Shown piece after piece: positions 62,011 to 64,000 of a stretch of 64,000 nt of DNA (its first letter is position 1; each line of letters opens with the position of its first letter). Under the pieces are notes generated by a model. The model did no database searches. It was not told where the DNA came from and was given only the letters and a program-made list of their open reading frames with translations. This DNA comes from Ruditapes philippinarum (taxonomy: Eukaryota), in contig NW_026852851.1 of assembly GCF_026571515.1 (NCBI RefSeq), positions 62,001-126,000 of the forward strand, read 5' to 3'. Made by a program: the position numbers and the translations under genes.

Positions 62011-64000
62011 TTTTTTCCTAAAGCAGCATGTTTATTTTCATGAAAATTTTGAAAATGTATTTAACAGTAAAATATTGTAAAGTGAACAAAGAAAGTAATT
62101 TACACATTGCAAATGTCACTTACAATCCACGTAAATTACCAAAATGATTTCAAAATACATGTATACATAAATACATCTTACTGCGTTAGTAACGAAGTAG
62201 AATTATAGTGGTTTATACTGAAAAATCAGTCATTAATCGCACATAAAATGTAGATAATTAATCTAATATTGAATATTTTTACTTTTCTAAAGATATACAT
62301 TTTGATAAAGACTGGATTTCTTGAACTATTTTGGCTCATCTGGAGGCGTACAGATTTAATTATAAAAATAAGTCGTATATACCTTTATATAGAAATATGA
62401 CAAGATATATCCATCAATTATAAGTGGGGTAAAATATCCTTCACGACATATTAACAAAATTTTAATTCACCAACAGCTTGTTTATGGTCTTTACCCGAAA
62501 CGAAATCAAAAATGCATAAAAGGCAAAACAAACTTTGGTATTTGTAATTAGATACTATCTATTTTACACCCGGAAGTTGCCGTTGATAAAATATAGCAAT
62601 ATAGATCATACTGCACTTTTGAAATTAAATTTATGTAAGGATAATTTCAATAAACAAATTTGTACACCTGAAAAAATTGCATGTTTTTGTCCTAGTTTAA
62701 TAGCTACATGCCTCCAGCTGGGCCAAAATATTTCAAGAAAATATCAAACTTGAAAAAAATGCACTCAGATTTTAAGAAAAGTAAAAAGATTCAAGTAAAA
62801 AAAAAACTATATGTTATGTGTGATTAAATGGCTAATTTTGCAGTGTTTATCACCATATTTCAACCTCGTGACTAACGCAGTTTGGGATATTTTTACATAT
62901 TTTGACCTTTTTTTTATAATTATGTACGTGGATTGTTTTGCAAGGTATAATTTGCTTTCTTTGTTTACTTCACAATATTTTACTTAAATTTATTTCAATT
63001 TGTGTAGCAATTAGGTACAATGTAATGTCAATGATTACTAGGCAATGATGGGGCGTGCTGTATTTTTGTTATTTATGTAATTTAATGCACCTGAAGTATG
63101 ATAATGAATATCTATATAGAGTCGTGCCCATAAAATGCCAAAGATTAACTAAGACATTACTCATTGAGATAAATTACATATGCCACTATGTATGACTTTA
63201 AAATAAAATTAGTTAAAATATGATATTGTTTTGTTGTTGTCCCAAATAAATATTTTTTAAGCTATTATTTGAGATTATAACAAATACATATGTGGTACAG
63301 TTTGTGGCCAGGAATGTATAATCCAAAAACATCCTCAATCGTTGCATGAAGTTTGGAAATTAAAATATAGCACGCCTCCAGATTCATCCTTATTTTCTCG
63401 TAAATTTTGAAAATGTATTGAAAAATAGAATATTGTGAAGTGAACAAAAAGTAGTCGACAGATTGCAATAGGCACTTAAAATCTACGTAAATTACCAAAA
63501 AAAAAGTCAAATTATGCAAAAATAGCCCCAACTGCGTTAGCAACGCAGTAGATATATGTTGATAAATTATGCAAAATCAGTCATTAATCACAGATAAGAT
63601 ATAAATTATCACTTAAATCTTTCATCGTTTTATATTTCTTTATCTTAGTACATTTTCCCAAAGTTTGGTTTTCTTGAAATATTTTCGCTCATCTGTAGGC
63701 ATGCAGCCTTTATTGAACATAAATGTATGTCTTACAGTCTATAATGCTTATCAGCATGTTTAAATTTTCTTATCACGTTCCAATGTTGCATTATATTTAT
63801 CACATATTCAACCATATTTATTTTTTTATCTTAAGGACGGACTTTTCTAAAGATAGTATGGCTATCCCACTCAACAGAGCGTCGGCGTAATGTTATTTTA
63901 AAGTTTTACGGGCAATTTTTTTATACAAGTTATTTCTTGCATATCAGACTGGTGTTTCCGTTAGTATTACCCATGCCGGAAATTTCATCTGACATAGGGG

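Noticed and set aside
60047-62080. Long ORFs (up to 533 aa) with 16-aa periodicity
   Set aside because: By-product of a 48-bp satellite that lacks stops in two frames; frames switch at indels.

Overview
AT-rich eukaryotic genomic DNA. The repeat families resemble those of a bivalve mollusc (inference); nothing indicates a prokaryotic locus. Two protein-coding genes are supported, both on the minus strand. (1) A 12-coding-exon aromatic L-amino-acid (DOPA) decarboxylase gene at 42233-54750, which the ORF track misses. Seven exons read cleanly, and five lie in homopolymer-garbled, low-quality sequence. (2) A secreted PAN/apple + Thr-rich linker + C-type lectin protein with an intron-free CDS at 36580-37449. 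The first ~33.5 kb is a three-copy tandem duplication of an apparently non-coding 8-12 kb unit. Its copies carry different insertions, including a deleted LTR retroelement (PBS, PPT, ATAT TSD), a Helentron-type HINE and a 31-bp minisatellite. The rest contains a 5'-truncated LINE, six palindromic MITEs, three TTAA-flanked elements, a 1.5-kb foldback filling one DDC intron, a 400-N gap and a 48-bp satellite. I found no well-supported novel multi-gene system. The best leads are the intron-filling foldback, a double-ended microsatellite insertion with a 50-bp duplication, unusual active-site residues in the decarboxylase, and the lectin architecture.
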